Program-made: the position numbers and the translations under genes | IMG/VR virus record: IMGVR_UViG_3300040971_000209 | Coordinates: 1 to 33,656 of that record | Length of the DNA: 33,656 nt | From: a virus | Lineage: Duplodnaviria; Caudoviricetes | Reading direction: 5' to 3' (one strand) | In this document: one piece after another, positions 23,146-31,622 of the stretch | Layout: every line of letters begins with the position of its first letter | Numbering within the stretch: position 1 is the first letter of the stretch | Notes under the pieces: model-generated | Database searches by the model: none | What the model was told of the DNA's origin: nothing | The model's input: the letters and a program-made list of their open reading frames with translations, nothing else

Positions 23146-23574
23146 ATGTCGCAATGGGGAAAAGAAAAGAATATAAACGGTTCCCGGTTTGTGCCGCTGG
23201 TATCAACGAAACCTTTTGAGCCGGCATCCGACCACCATTTGATTGTCGATATCATCCTGCTGGATGGTGGTAAGGATAATGATCTGGCAGATATTGCATT
23301 AAATGGATTGAAGGAAAAACATATCGGAAAGCCATATTCGGAATGGCAGGCGACTCCATTGGCCAGTGAAACAAAATTATATGCCTGGCAACCTGAAGGC
23401 CATGGCCCTTTATCTTTTTTTGTTGCTGCTGACTCAAAGCAAGAAGCCGAGGAGTCGGTCCGCCGATATTTATTTGAAAATAAAACAGACAATTACGACA
23501 GGGGCGGCTGGCCTTTAAATTTTGAGCTTTCGGTTGTAGAAAAAGGGATTGTCGTAGCCAATGACAATTCGTAA
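23146..23574 (+). CDS. Hypothetical protein (142 aa, AT-rich)
   Basis: AAGGAG SD before ATG 23146; KLYAWQPEGHGPLSFFVAADSKQEA. Confidence 0.75.
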   Translation: MSQWGKEKNINGSRFVPLVSTKPFEPASDHHLIVDIILLDGGKDNDLADIALNGLKEKHIGKPYSEWQATPLASETKLYAWQPEGHGPLSFFVAADSKQEAEESVRRYLFENKTDNYDRGGWPLNFELSVVEKGIVVANDNS

Positions 23575-23600
23575 AAGCATCGGCTGGATGAGGTATTAGC

Positions 23601-23771
23601 ATGAAGATATCTGAACTTATAAAAAAATTAGACGATATGAAAAACGAAGATGGTGATCTTGAGGTATATTATTTTCCGTATGATTGGGCAGAACCATCCC
23701 CCTTGGAAGAGTTAAGCATTTATGACAGTATTGAGATGAACAAAAAAGTTGTGATGATTGGTGATGATTGA
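23601..23771 (+). CDS. Small hypothetical protein (56 aa)
   Basis: GAGGT SD; MKISELIKKLDDMKNEDGDLEVYY... Confidence 0.7.
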   Translation: MKISELIKKLDDMKNEDGDLEVYYFPYDWAEPSPLEELSIYDSIEMNKKVVMIGDD

Positions 23772-23824
23772 TGCCACCTGTGTCGCCCTGAAAAACTCGC
23801 TTTGGGTCAACCAGTCTGTAGTCT

Positions 23825-23914
23825 GTAGGATGGGCAAAGGCCGTCAGGCTGTGTCCATCAACTTCCTTGAGTGGACACCGATATGATGGGCACGCTTCGC
23901 TTTGCCCATCCTAC
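23825..23914. repeat. GTAG-type REP doublet (REPIN-like)
   Basis: GTAGGATGGGCAAAG (23825-23839) / CTTTGCCCATCCTAC (23900-23914) perfect inverted repeat, with inner GTGTCCATCA / TGATGGGCAC. Confidence 0.85.
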
Positions 23915-23927
23915 GACTGAAGGTTTC

Positions 23928-23955
23928 CTTAATTCTTAATTCGTAATTAGTAATC
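23928..23955 (-). repeat. Heptamer tandem repeat, reverse orientation
   Basis: CTTAATT CTTAATT CGTAATT AGTAATC, the reverse complement of AATTAMG units. Confidence 0.85.
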
Positions 23956-23969
23956 AATAACCCCTCCTC

Positions 23970-24007
23970 AAGGCCAGATCACCTCCCGGTGATCTGGCCT
24001 TTTTTTT
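23970..24007 (+). terminator. Intrinsic terminator ending the early/middle operon
   Basis: AAGGCCAGATCACC-TCCC-GGTGATCTGGCCTT followed by a T run. Confidence 0.9.
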
Positions 24008-24012
24008 GCCCT

Positions 24013-24038
24013 TCTCTGCGTCTCTGCGCCTCCGCGCG
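24013..24038 (+). repeat. Octamer tandem repeat
   Basis: TCTCTGCG TCTCTGCG CCTCCGCG CG. Confidence 0.7.
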
Positions 24039-24090
24039 ATCGCCTTTTTTTATCCCTCTTTTTCCCTCCCAAACCACCCCAAACCAAAAA

Positions 24091-24180
24091 CCTGTCAATA
24101 GCGATAACTGTACTTGGGTGATCACCCATCGTCACCCATCGTCATAGAGTAAAAATGCCAAAATCGTCGGGTATGCTTCG
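24091..24180 (+). promoter_or_regulatory. Candidate activator-dependent late promoter
   Basis: Lies after the terminator and before gpW; palindrome TGGGTGATCACCCA (24115-24128), 10-bp direct repeats TCACCCATCG x2 (24122-24141), TATGCT at 24172 without a consensus -35. Confidence 0.5.
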
Positions 24181-24216
24181 CGAAAGATTTCAGGAGTCTC
24201 TTTTCTCGAGGTGGAC

Positions 24217-24447
24217 ATGGCATTTACGACGGCGGATCTGGCAAATGTAGAACAGGCGATTATCTCTCTCGCCACCGGCAAGCGCTCGACCAAGTTTGTG
24301 ATCGACGGCAACGTGGTGGAGTATTCCACCGTCGAGCTGCCCGCCCTGCGGATCCTGCGCGGTGAGATTGCGGGCGAGCTGGCCGCGGTTGATTCCGAGT
24401 CCGGCACCGTTTCCGCCTTCTGCTTCTCCGGGGGCAAGGGCCTATGA
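24217..24447 (+). CDS. Head-to-tail joining protein, gpW-like
   Basis: GAGGT SD; MAFTTADLANVEQAIISLATGKR...DGNVVEYS; directly before the portal. Confidence 0.85.
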   Translation: MAFTTADLANVEQAIISLATGKRSTKFVIDGNVVEYSTVELPALRILRGEIAGELAAVDSESGTVSAFCFSGGKGL

Positions 24448-25964
24448 ACTTCCCTGTCGGCACCATTCTTGATCGCACCGGCTCGCCTCTTGTCATGGCG
24501 GAGGCGTCACCGTCGCCGCTCTTTGAAGGGGCCTCGGTCAGCGCCAGGATGGGCGAGTGGGGCATGTCCTCAGCCGGGCCGACCGCATCTCTTATCGGCG
24601 GTCTGGGTGCGCTGCGCACCAGGGCCCGTGATTTGGAGCGCAACAACCCTTCGGTCAAGGGCGGCATCGATTCGTTTGTCTCCAACCTCGTCGGCACCGA
24701 TATCTCTCCCAACTGGAACCTCGACAACCAGGCCCAGAAAGATGAGTTGCAGCAACTGTGGGATGACTCGCAGGTTGAGGCCGACTTTTACGGGATTTCC
24801 GACTTTTACGGCACCATCGAAATAACCGCCCGCGGCATGATCCGAGACGGCGAGCAGCTGGCCCGCTTCCATGATGTTGATCCTGCCCTGGGCTTACTGG
24901 TACCCCTGCAGGTGCAGCTGCTCGAAGCCGATCACCTCGACGCCGGCTACAACGACATCTCTCCCGACAACAACGAGATCCGTTTCGGCATTGAGTGGCA
25001 GAACGGACGCCGCAAGAGATACTGGCTCTATGGAGACCATCCCGGTGAGAACTTCCTGCGCGGTTCCGACCTGCGCCGCATCCCGGTTGATGCCGCCGAT
25101 ATCGCCCATGTCTTCCGGCCCCTGCGCGCGGGACAGGCCCGCGGCATCACCTGGCTGGCCCCGATCATCACCAAGCTGCGCGAGATCGATATCTATGACG
25201 ATGCTGAGGTGGTGCGCAAAAAGGTGGCCGCCCTCTGGGGTGGCTTCATCTATTCCGACACCCCGGTCAATGACCGCACCACCATGGGCGGCACCAATAA
25301 GGGCACCAGCAACGGCGTCTCCTCCATCGAGCTCAAGCCCGGCACCTTTCCGGTTCTCAAAAACGGCATGAAGATCGCCTTCTCGGATACCGCCGATGTC
25401 GGCAACAACTATCAGGCCTTCATGCGGGTGCAGATGCGCATGATCGCCCGCGGCCTCGGCATCACCTACGAGCAGCTTACCGGCGACCTGGAAGGGGTCA
25501 ACTATACCTCCTTGCGGGCCGGGATGATCGAGTTCCGTCGCTTGTGCGAGACCATCATCGCCCGCACCTTGATTTTCCAATATTGCCGCCCTTGGGTCAA
25601 TCGCTGGATCCGCTGTGCGGTGCTCAACGGTGCCACTCGGACCATCTCCGTTGGGGAATACCTACGTAACCCCCGCACCTTCCACCGGGTTGACTGGAAT
25701 CTTGACGGCTGGGACTTCACCGATCCGGTCAAAGATCGGGTGGCCGAGCAGATGGATATCAGAAACGGCATTGTCACCCGCGGCCAGGTAGTCTCGCGGC
25801 GAGGCAACTATATCGACAAGGTTGACCGGCAGAACGCCGCCGAAAAAGAGCGGGCCGAAGGGCTGGGCCTGGTCTACGACTGCTATCCATCGCAGACCGA
25901 CAAGAGCGGGGCCATGCAGCAGATCCAAGACAAAATCATTACAGACTCGGCCACGGCCGTATAG
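24444..25964 (+). CDS. Portal protein, lambda family
   Basis: LRTRARDLERNN, PLQVQLLEADHL, RAGQARGITWLAP, GITYEQLTGDLEGVNYTSLRAG, DPVKD. Confidence 0.96.
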   Translation: MNFPVGTILDRTGSPLVMAEASPSPLFEGASVSARMGEWGMSSAGPTASLIGGLGALRTRARDLERNNPSVKGGIDSFVSNLVGTDISPNWNLDNQAQKDELQQLWDDSQVEADFYGISDFYGTIEITARGMIRDGEQLARFHDVDPALGLLVPLQVQLLEADHLDAGYNDISPDNNEIRFGIEWQNGRRKRYWLYGDHPGENFLRGSDLRRIPVDAADIAHVFRPLRAGQARGITWLAPIITKLREIDIYDDAEVVRKKVAALWGGFIYSDTPVNDRTTMGGTNKGTSNGVSSIELKPGTFPVLKNGMKIAFSDTADVGNNYQAFMRVQMRMIARGLGITYEQLTGDLEGVNYTSLRAGMIEFRRLCETIIARTLIFQYCRPWVNRWIRCAVLNGATRTISVGEYLRNPRTFHRVDWNLDGWDFTDPVKDRVAEQMDIRNGIVTRGQVVSRRGNYIDKVDRQNAAEKERAEGLGLVYDCYPSQTDKSGAMQQIQDKIITDSATAV

Positions 25965-25971
25965 GTGCATT

Positions 25972-27270
25972 ATGGGCATTGACCATATCCTGACTGAAAT
26001 CCTCAACCAACCGTTGATGGTCACCCCGGCCAAGCTGGAGGTGATTCTCTCCCTCCTCAATAGTCGAGGGAGCAATTCCATCGCCCCTGATTTTTCGGCC
26101 CTGATGCACATGAATTCAGTCTCCGGCCAGGAAATGCTGGCCGTGTCCAGACCGATCAACCAGGTGTCACCGGATGAGGAGCAATTTATCCAGGTGGTGC
26201 CGGTGCTCGGCTCGATGGTGGCCAGGAATCACGGCTGGGGAGAAGGTGACGGCTCAGGCCTGCTCAGCTACCGATCCCTGAGGATGAACATCAACGCCGC
26301 CGCCAAAGATCCATCCATCGGCGGCATCATCTTGGATCTCGACACCTTCGGCGGCATGTCGGCCGGCTGTGAGCGGTTGACCCGCTTTATCGCCGGGGTC
26401 AATGCCATTAAGCCGGTCTATGGCGTGGTTGACCTCAACGCCTACTCTGCCGGGTATTCCATCGCCTCCGCCTGCAGCAAGATCATCCTCACCGATGAGA
26501 CCGCCGGGGTCGGCTCTATCGGCTGCATCGCCATTCATTGCGATATGTCACAGCACAACGAGCAGGAAGGTCTCAACTATACCGTGGTTACCTTCGGGGC
26601 CAAAAAAGACCAATTCTCACCGCTGCGCCCTATGGGCAAAGATGAGGTGTCGGCCCTGCAAAAATCCGTCTCTGCCCACGGTATGCGCTTTGCCGAGACG
26701 GTGGCCGAACTCCGTAACATGAAACTGGATGATGTCCTGGCCACTGAGGCCGGGGCCTATTCCGGAAAACAGGCGGTACAAATTGGCCTCGCTGATGAGA
26801 TCTGCTCATTTGATGAGGCCGTGGCCATGTTGGCCGATGAAATCGAGACGCGAAAGAAGACGTCTTTTACTCAAACCTTTTCTGAAAAAGGAGGCCAAAT
26901 GGCTGAACCAAAGAGCACCAAACAACTTATGGAAGGACTGTTGACGGCGGAGGATGGCCCGGCCTCCTTGGCCGAACTCGGATACACCCCCACCCTTGCG
27001 GCGGCAGATGCCGTGATTGAGGCGGCTGGTAAGACCAGATCCGCCATGATCGATGTAGCCGAACTCTGCCAGCTCGGCGGGCTGACAACCGATCAGACCG
27101 TGACCATGCTCAAATCAGGCAGCGACGCCGCCGCCGCCCGCACCGAGATCCAGCAGTTGCGGGCCGACAAGTCGAAGGAGTCGGTGATCAAGTCCACGAT
27201 CACCCCGCTGGCAGGCGACGGCAAGCACCCGCTGATCTCATCCTGCGAGAAGCTGGGCGAGAAGAAATAA
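25972..27270 (+). CDS. S49-family prohead protease (lambda gpC-like)
   Basis: IILDLDTFGG, AYSAGYSIASAC, GVGSIG, GKQAVQIGLADEI; start placed at ATG 25972 after the portal stop. Confidence 0.93.
   Translation: MGIDHILTEILNQPLMVTPAKLEVILSLLNSRGSNSIAPDFSALMHMNSVSGQEMLAVSRPINQVSPDEEQFIQVVPVLGSMVARNHGWGEGDGSGLLSYRSLRMNINAAAKDPSIGGIILDLDTFGGMSAGCERLTRFIAGVNAIKPVYGVVDLNAYSAGYSIASACSKIILTDETAGVGSIGCIAIHCDMSQHNEQEGLNYTVVTFGAKKDQFSPLRPMGKDEVSALQKSVSAHGMRFAETVAELRNMKLDDVLATEAGAYSGKQAVQIGLADEICSFDEAVAMLADEIETRKKTSFTQTFSEKGGQMAEPKSTKQLMEGLLTAEDGPASLAELGYTPTLAAADAVIEAAGKTRSAMIDVAELCQLGGLTTDQTVTMLKSGSDAAAARTEIQQLRADKSKESVIKSTITPLAGDGKHPLISSCEKLGEKK
26899..27270 (+). CDS. Nested in-frame scaffold protein (Nu3-like)
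   Basis: Perfect AAGGAGG SD before in-frame ATG 26899 (MAEPKST...), matching the lambda C/Nu3 arrangement. Confidence 0.75.
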   Translation: MAEPKSTKQLMEGLLTAEDGPASLAELGYTPTLAAADAVIEAAGKTRSAMIDVAELCQLGGLTTDQTVTMLKSGSDAAAARTEIQQLRADKSKESVIKSTITPLAGDGKHPLISSCEKLGEKK

Positions 27271-27339
27271 CCGTATCCTATCAATCATCACCCGGCGCTC
27301 GTTTGAGTCTGTCCGGGCAACACCACAACGAGGTAAACC

Positions 27340-27714
27340 ATGCCAGTATTAACCGAACCAAATACCCTGGGCGACGGGATCAAATGGGAAGAGTCAAACG
27401 ACTACTCCCGCGAAAAAGTTACCGTCCTCTCCGGCCAGAACCTGGCCCTGCTTCAGGTCGTCGCCAAGATCACCGCCACCGGCAAGGTGGTCATCCACAA
27501 TCCTGCCGGTGTTGACGGCTCCAGTGTCGCCGCCGGTGTCCTGATCGCCGCCGTTGACGCCTCGCTCGCCGACAAGCCCGGCGTCATCATCGTCCGCGAT
27601 GCCATGATCGCCCCCGCCAATCTGGTGTGGCCGGCGGCAATCAGCGCTGAGGACAAGGCCCTGGCCCTGGCCGACCTCAAGGCCCTCGGCATCGTCGCCG
27701 TCGAAACCGCGTAA
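27340..27714 (+). CDS. Head decoration protein (gpD-like)
   Basis: LTEPNTLGDGIKWEESNDYSRE.VTV.SGQNL...DGS.VAAGVL...LKALGI; lies between protease and capsid genes. Confidence 0.9.
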   Translation: MPVLTEPNTLGDGIKWEESNDYSREKVTVLSGQNLALLQVVAKITATGKVVIHNPAGVDGSSVAAGVLIAAVDASLADKPGVIIVRDAMIAPANLVWPAAISAEDKALALADLKALGIVAVETA

Positions 27715-27727
27715 CCGCGGGCAGGGC

Positions 27728-27762
27728 AATTACGAATTACGAATTAAGAATTACGAATTTTA
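27728..27762 (+). repeat. Heptamer tandem repeat before the capsid SD
   Basis: AATTACG AATTACG AATTAAG AATTACG AATTTTA, then AAAGGAG. Confidence 0.9.
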
Positions 27763-27778
27763 AAAGGAGCAACATACC

Positions 27779-28804
27779 ATGCCTGATCAACTGATCATCA
27801 ACCCCTTTGACGCCTCCGGTTACGACCTGGCCACCATGACCAGCGCCGTCAACCTCATCCCCAACCAGTACGGCCGCGTCCGCCAGCTCGGCCTCTTCGC
27901 CGTCGAGCCGGTGCGTACCCGCACCATCATCGTAGAGAACGTCAACGGCGTCCTCACCCTGCTCCAGTCGCAGTCACCAGGTGCGCCGGCCCCGCGTAAG
28001 CTCCAGGGCAAGGGGGCCATGCGCTCGTTTATCATCCCCCACATCCCTTATGACGACCGCATCCTGCCCTCCGACCTCCAGGGCCGCCGCGATCCCGGTA
28101 CCGCCGATCCCAAGACCCTGCAGGTCGAGATGACCAAGCGGTTGACCGAGATGCGGGCCGCTCATGCCATCACCGAGGAGCATTTGATGATGGGCGCGGT
28201 CAAGGGCATTATCCTCGACGCCGACGGTACCGCCCTCTACAACCTCAATACCGAGTTCGGGATCACCGCCAAGACGATTGACTTCGCCCTCGATGTCGAT
28301 GCCACCGATGTGACCGCCAAGTGCCGGGAGACTGTCCGCCACATCGAGGACAATCTCTACGGCGACGTGATGATGGGTGTGCGCTGCCTGTGCGACGAGA
28401 CCTTCTTCGACGCCTTGATCAGCCATCCCAACGTCGAGAAGTTCTATATCAACCATGCCCAGGCCATCGAGCTGACCGGCTCCGGAGCCGATCCGCGCAA
28501 GGGCTTCACCTTTGGCGGCATCACCTTCGAGGAATACCGCGGCAAGGCCACCGATCCGGTCGCCGGGACCATGCGCGCCTTTATCGCCGCCGGCTACGCC
28601 CATTTCTTCCCGGTCGGCACCCAGTCCACCTTCAAAATCCACCACGCCCCAGCCGAGTACATGGAGACGGTCAACACCATGGGCATGCCGATCTATGCCA
28701 AACAGGTGATGGCCGCCTCCGGCAAGTGGGTTGATATCCTCACCGAGTCGAACCCGCTGCCGCTGTGCCGTAGGCCCGGCGCCCTCGTTACCGGCACTAT
28801 CTGA
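27779..28804 (+). CDS. Major capsid protein, lambda gpE family
   Basis: TSAVNLIPNQYGR..QLGLF, IPHIPYDD, TEEHLMMGAVKG.ILDADG, GFTFGGITFEEYRG, ETVNTMG, ESNPLPLC.RP. Confidence 0.96.
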   Translation: MPDQLIINPFDASGYDLATMTSAVNLIPNQYGRVRQLGLFAVEPVRTRTIIVENVNGVLTLLQSQSPGAPAPRKLQGKGAMRSFIIPHIPYDDRILPSDLQGRRDPGTADPKTLQVEMTKRLTEMRAAHAITEEHLMMGAVKGIILDADGTALYNLNTEFGITAKTIDFALDVDATDVTAKCRETVRHIEDNLYGDVMMGVRCLCDETFFDALISHPNVEKFYINHAQAIELTGSGADPRKGFTFGGITFEEYRGKATDPVAGTMRAFIAAGYAHFFPVGTQSTFKIHHAPAEYMETVNTMGMPIYAKQVMAASGKWVDILTESNPLPLCRRPGALVTGTI

Positions 28805-28819
28805 TAAGGGACGCAGGCA

Positions 28820-29131
28820 ATGAGCAGAGCCCAGGCCCTGGCCGATATCCTGGCCGCCGCCTCAGATCCCGAGGTGCTCGGCAGCACCTTGGTGATTGAC
28901 AGCGTCAGCTATCAGGCGGTGAAAGGGGGGGTGACCAGGGAAGAGGCGCAGGCCTTTGCCGCCGCCGGGATGATGGTCGAGGGCATCCGGATCAGTATCG
29001 ATCTGACCGCCCTCGGCTGGCAGCCGTCGGTGGGCTCCTGGCTCAATGTTGACGGCAAGGATTATGAGGTGATCAGGTCGCAGCTCTCCGGCAGCCTGCT
29101 GAAGATGACCCTGACCAGGAATGTGGGGTGA
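28820..29131 (+). CDS. Head-tail connector (FII-like)
   Basis: 103 aa, beta-rich (PSVGSWLNVDGKDYEV); position after capsid. Confidence 0.7.
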   Translation: MSRAQALADILAAASDPEVLGSTLVIDSVSYQAVKGGVTREEAQAFAAAGMMVEGIRISIDLTALGWQPSVGSWLNVDGKDYEVIRSQLSGSLLKMTLTRNVG

Positions 29132-29796
29132 GCATGGATGTGAATATCGACATCAAAGGCATCAAGGAGACCACTGATTACCTGCGCGCCACTGAACGGC
29201 AGATATCCCTGGCCACCACCAGGGCCATCCGTAAGACCCTGAAGTGGGTAAAGACCAGTGTCAAGAAGGATATCGCGGCGAAGCTAAAGGTCACCCAAAA
29301 AAGTATCACCTCCAGGATCAAAACCAGCGATATCAAGAATGGAGAAACCAGTGGAACCCTGTGGGGAGGGATGTGGCGCCTGTCTCCATATGCCCTTGGG
29401 ACTCCCCGCCAGATTGGGGGAAACACGGCGGGGTTCGGATCAAAAAGAAAACGTTCTACCCTTGGAGGTGTATCTGTTGGTTCCTCCCGCTTTTACCGGG
29501 GGGCATTCATTAAAAATATTTATGGGGACGGTTCGGATATCTGGATTAGAAAAAATTCGAAACATTTTAACCCCGAATTATTCCCTGGCAGGCATTGGGG
29601 GCAATATGACGGAGGATATGTATTAAAAAAATTAAGGGGCCGTTTTCCGGTAGTTAGGGCTCAAATCGTTATGGAAGATACCATGCGAGAGGTCTTTGAT
29701 CGCGCCGACTCCGATATCCGCGCCGAGTTTAATAAAAAATTACGGGGTGAGCTCAATTTCGCCGTTAACGTCGAGAGGGTAAAGAAAAACCGATGA
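29128..29796 (+). CDS. Minor tail protein (gpZ-like)
   Basis: ATTRAIRKTLKWVKT...GAFI...R.P...ELNFAVN pattern, basic composition, position. Confidence 0.75.
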   Translation: MSMDVNIDIKGIKETTDYLRATERQISLATTRAIRKTLKWVKTSVKKDIAAKLKVTQKSITSRIKTSDIKNGETSGTLWGGMWRLSPYALGTPRQIGGNTAGFGSKRKRSTLGGVSVGSSRFYRGAFIKNIYGDGSDIWIRKNSKHFNPELFPGRHWGQYDGGYVLKKLRGRFPVVRAQIVMEDTMREVFDRADSDIRAEFNKKLRGELNFAVNVERVKKNR

Positions 29797-30233
29797 TCAC
29801 CCTGCTGAAAAATGTCGTCACCAATGCCCAGGGCCTGACCGCCGGCCAGCTCTTCCCATCGCAGTCCGCCGGCTTGCAAGAGGTAGTGTATCACCTCAAC
29901 GTCATGCCGCCGCGCGACCGGGAAAACAGTGATGACATCATGCCGTTCTGCCTGGCCCGGGCCCAGGGTTTTGCCATGATGCCCAGGAGGTTGCAGAAAA
30001 TAGAGCTGCTCTACTGCCTGCACAATGACGACCGGGAAGAGGCCCTTGAAGATATCGGCCGCCTCCTCGGTCTGCTGGACCCGCTGGCCTCAAAGCTCAC
30101 CTGTTACAAGGGGTGGAAAATGGATTCGGTATCCGGTTGGCTTGGCGACAAGGAAACCGGCCTGCAACCGCACCCTGAATATTATCTCTGGGTGGTGGTT
30201 GAATTTTCCGCCCAGCTTATCAGAAGTTATTAA
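29793..30233 (+). CDS. Tail completion/terminator protein
   Basis: 146 aa before the tail tube gene; PPR..MPFCLAR...QPHPEYY. Confidence 0.65.
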   Translation: MITLLKNVVTNAQGLTAGQLFPSQSAGLQEVVYHLNVMPPRDRENSDDIMPFCLARAQGFAMMPRRLQKIELLYCLHNDDREEALEDIGRLLGLLDPLASKLTCYKGWKMDSVSGWLGDKETGLQPHPEYYLWVVVEFSAQLIRSY

Positions 30234-30257
30234 CCCACACCATAAGGAGCAAATATC

Positions 30258-31007
30258 ATGCCAGCACAATCATTTATCGGGGCCGGAGATGTGTACGTCG
30301 ATCGCCTCACCGCCGCCGGAGTAAAGCAGGGAAGCGTTAAGATCGGTATCGGCAAATTGGAGATCAAACCCAATGTCGAGCTCAAGGAACAGACCAGCAA
30401 GGGCCGGGACAGCTACGGGCAGGTCATCGCCTCAGTGGCCATCAACAAGCCGGCGGAAATGACCATGAGCTTGACCCAGGTGGACCGCAAGGCCTTGGCC
30501 ATCGCCCTGCTCGGTGATGATGTCGCCCACGCAGTCGTCGGCGCATCCGTGACCGCCGAGGCAGTGACCGCCCGCCTGGACAAGGGCGTGTTCATGGCCA
30601 ATCGCATCGTCTCGGCGGTGGTGGTGCAGGATGACGCCGACCTGATCACCTATGTCCTGGGAACCGATTACACCCTGGACGCCCGCCTCGGACTCATCAC
30701 CGCGCTGTCCACCGGCTCCATCGTTGACGGCGATGTCCTGCACGTCGACTACACCTACGGGGCGGAGGCCGGCTACAAGATCAAGGGCGCAACCCAGCCC
30801 CTGGTGAAGATGGCCGTGTTCCTGGATGGCAAGAACATGGTGGACGGCGCGTCCTGCTACGTCACTATCCACGAGGCCACCGTCTCCCCCGAATCCGCCG
30901 TTGACTTCCTGGCCGATGACTTCGCCGAGATCGAGCTGAAAGGGTCGATGGCCACGCCTTCCGGGATGACTGAGCCGTTTACGGTCGTCATGTTGGAAGC
31001 GGTGTAA
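30258..31007 (+). CDS. Major tail tube protein
   Basis: FIGAGDVYVDR N-terminus, inserted GTDYTLD..LGLI beta domain, VDFLADDFAEIELKG; no sheath gene, which suggests a non-contractile tail. Confidence 0.8.
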   Translation: MPAQSFIGAGDVYVDRLTAAGVKQGSVKIGIGKLEIKPNVELKEQTSKGRDSYGQVIASVAINKPAEMTMSLTQVDRKALAIALLGDDVAHAVVGASVTAEAVTARLDKGVFMANRIVSAVVVQDDADLITYVLGTDYTLDARLGLITALSTGSIVDGDVLHVDYTYGAEAGYKIKGATQPLVKMAVFLDGKNMVDGASCYVTIHEATVSPESAVDFLADDFAEIELKGSMATPSGMTEPFTVVMLEAV

Positions 31008-31011
31008 GGAC

Positions 31012-31096
31012 AATTATGAATTACGAATTAGGAATTACGAATGAACTGCGGTTCTTTCTTTAATTCGTAATTCGTGATTCTCAATTCGTCGTAATT
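31012..31096. repeat. Heptamer arrays in both orientations forming a long inverted repeat
   Basis: AATTATG AATTACG AATTAGG AATTACG ... TTTAATT CGTAATT CGTGATT CTCAATT ... CGTAATT. Confidence 0.9.
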
Positions 31097-31107
31097 AAAG
31101 CGACCGT

Positions 31108-31177
31108 GTAGGTCGGGATTCATCCCGACAACCTCCGGCCATTGCAACCCCTGCAGTCGGGTTAAAACCCGACATAC
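31108..31177. repeat. Second GTAG-type REP doublet
   Basis: GTAGGTCGGGATTCATCCCGAC (31108) and inverted GTCGGGTTAAAACCCGACATAC (31156-31177). Confidence 0.85.
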
Positions 31178-31188
31178 AAGAGAGAAAC

Positions 31189-31509
31189 ATGCGTAAAAGC
31201 AAAGCAATTCAATTTGATGGAAAAGAAGTCGAGGTCAACGAGTTGACCGTTACGCAAGTGGAATCATTGCTCGATAGCAGCAATACCAGCGTGACCACTG
31301 TTGAGATGCTGTTGAATCCAAACATCCCGATTGCCGCAGTTGTTGCGGCAACCGGGATATCTTCGGCAGCACTCAACGGTGATGTCGCCCCCAGTGAGTT
31401 GCAAAAACTGTGGGAGGCCGTCGAGGAAATGAACCCTTTTTTGTTGCAGATGTACAACCGGCTGGTCGCAGCGGCAAGCACGGTATTGGCCGCACAAGAG
31501 ACTCAATAA
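31189..31509 (+). CDS. Tail assembly chaperone (gpG-like)
   Basis: 106 aa between tail tube and tape measure genes; EV.ELTV.Q...PSELQKLWEAVEEMNPF. Confidence 0.85.
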   Translation: MRKSKAIQFDGKEVEVNELTVTQVESLLDSSNTSVTTVEMLLNPNIPIAAVVAATGISSAALNGDVAPSELQKLWEAVEEMNPFLLQMYNRLVAAASTVLAAQETQ

Positions 31510-31622
31510 GGCGAGTCCTTTGTGCCCTGATCAGGGCCGGGCATGTAGGCGCGTGGGATTATGGCTGGTCGTTTTTCCTGATCGCCATCGATGAGCTGCC
31601 CAAAGCGCCAAAACGCAGGTAG
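31434..31622 (+). CDS. -1 frameshift extension of the chaperone (gpGT-like)
   Basis: In-frame slippery C CCT TTT (31434-31440); -1 frame open to 31622, encoding LIRAGHVGAWDYGWSFF. Confidence 0.7.
   Translation, partial: PFFVADVQPAGRSGKHGIGRTRDSIRRVLCALIRAGHVGAWDYGWSFFLIAIDELPKAPKRR

Noticed and set aside
12490-30240. Other stop codons followed by C (12497, 27270, 27714, 30233) as attC sites
   Set aside because: No downstream GTT core or internal palindrome.
5400-30260. Identical 17-mer AAGGAGCAAATATCATG at 5400 and 30244
   Set aside because: Mostly SD plus start codon; similar AAGGAGCA starts recur in the phage, so a shared translation-initiation style explains it.
10522-31096. Heptamer arrays or 31-bp repeats as a CRISPR array
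   Set aside because: No repeat-spacer periodicity and no cas genes.
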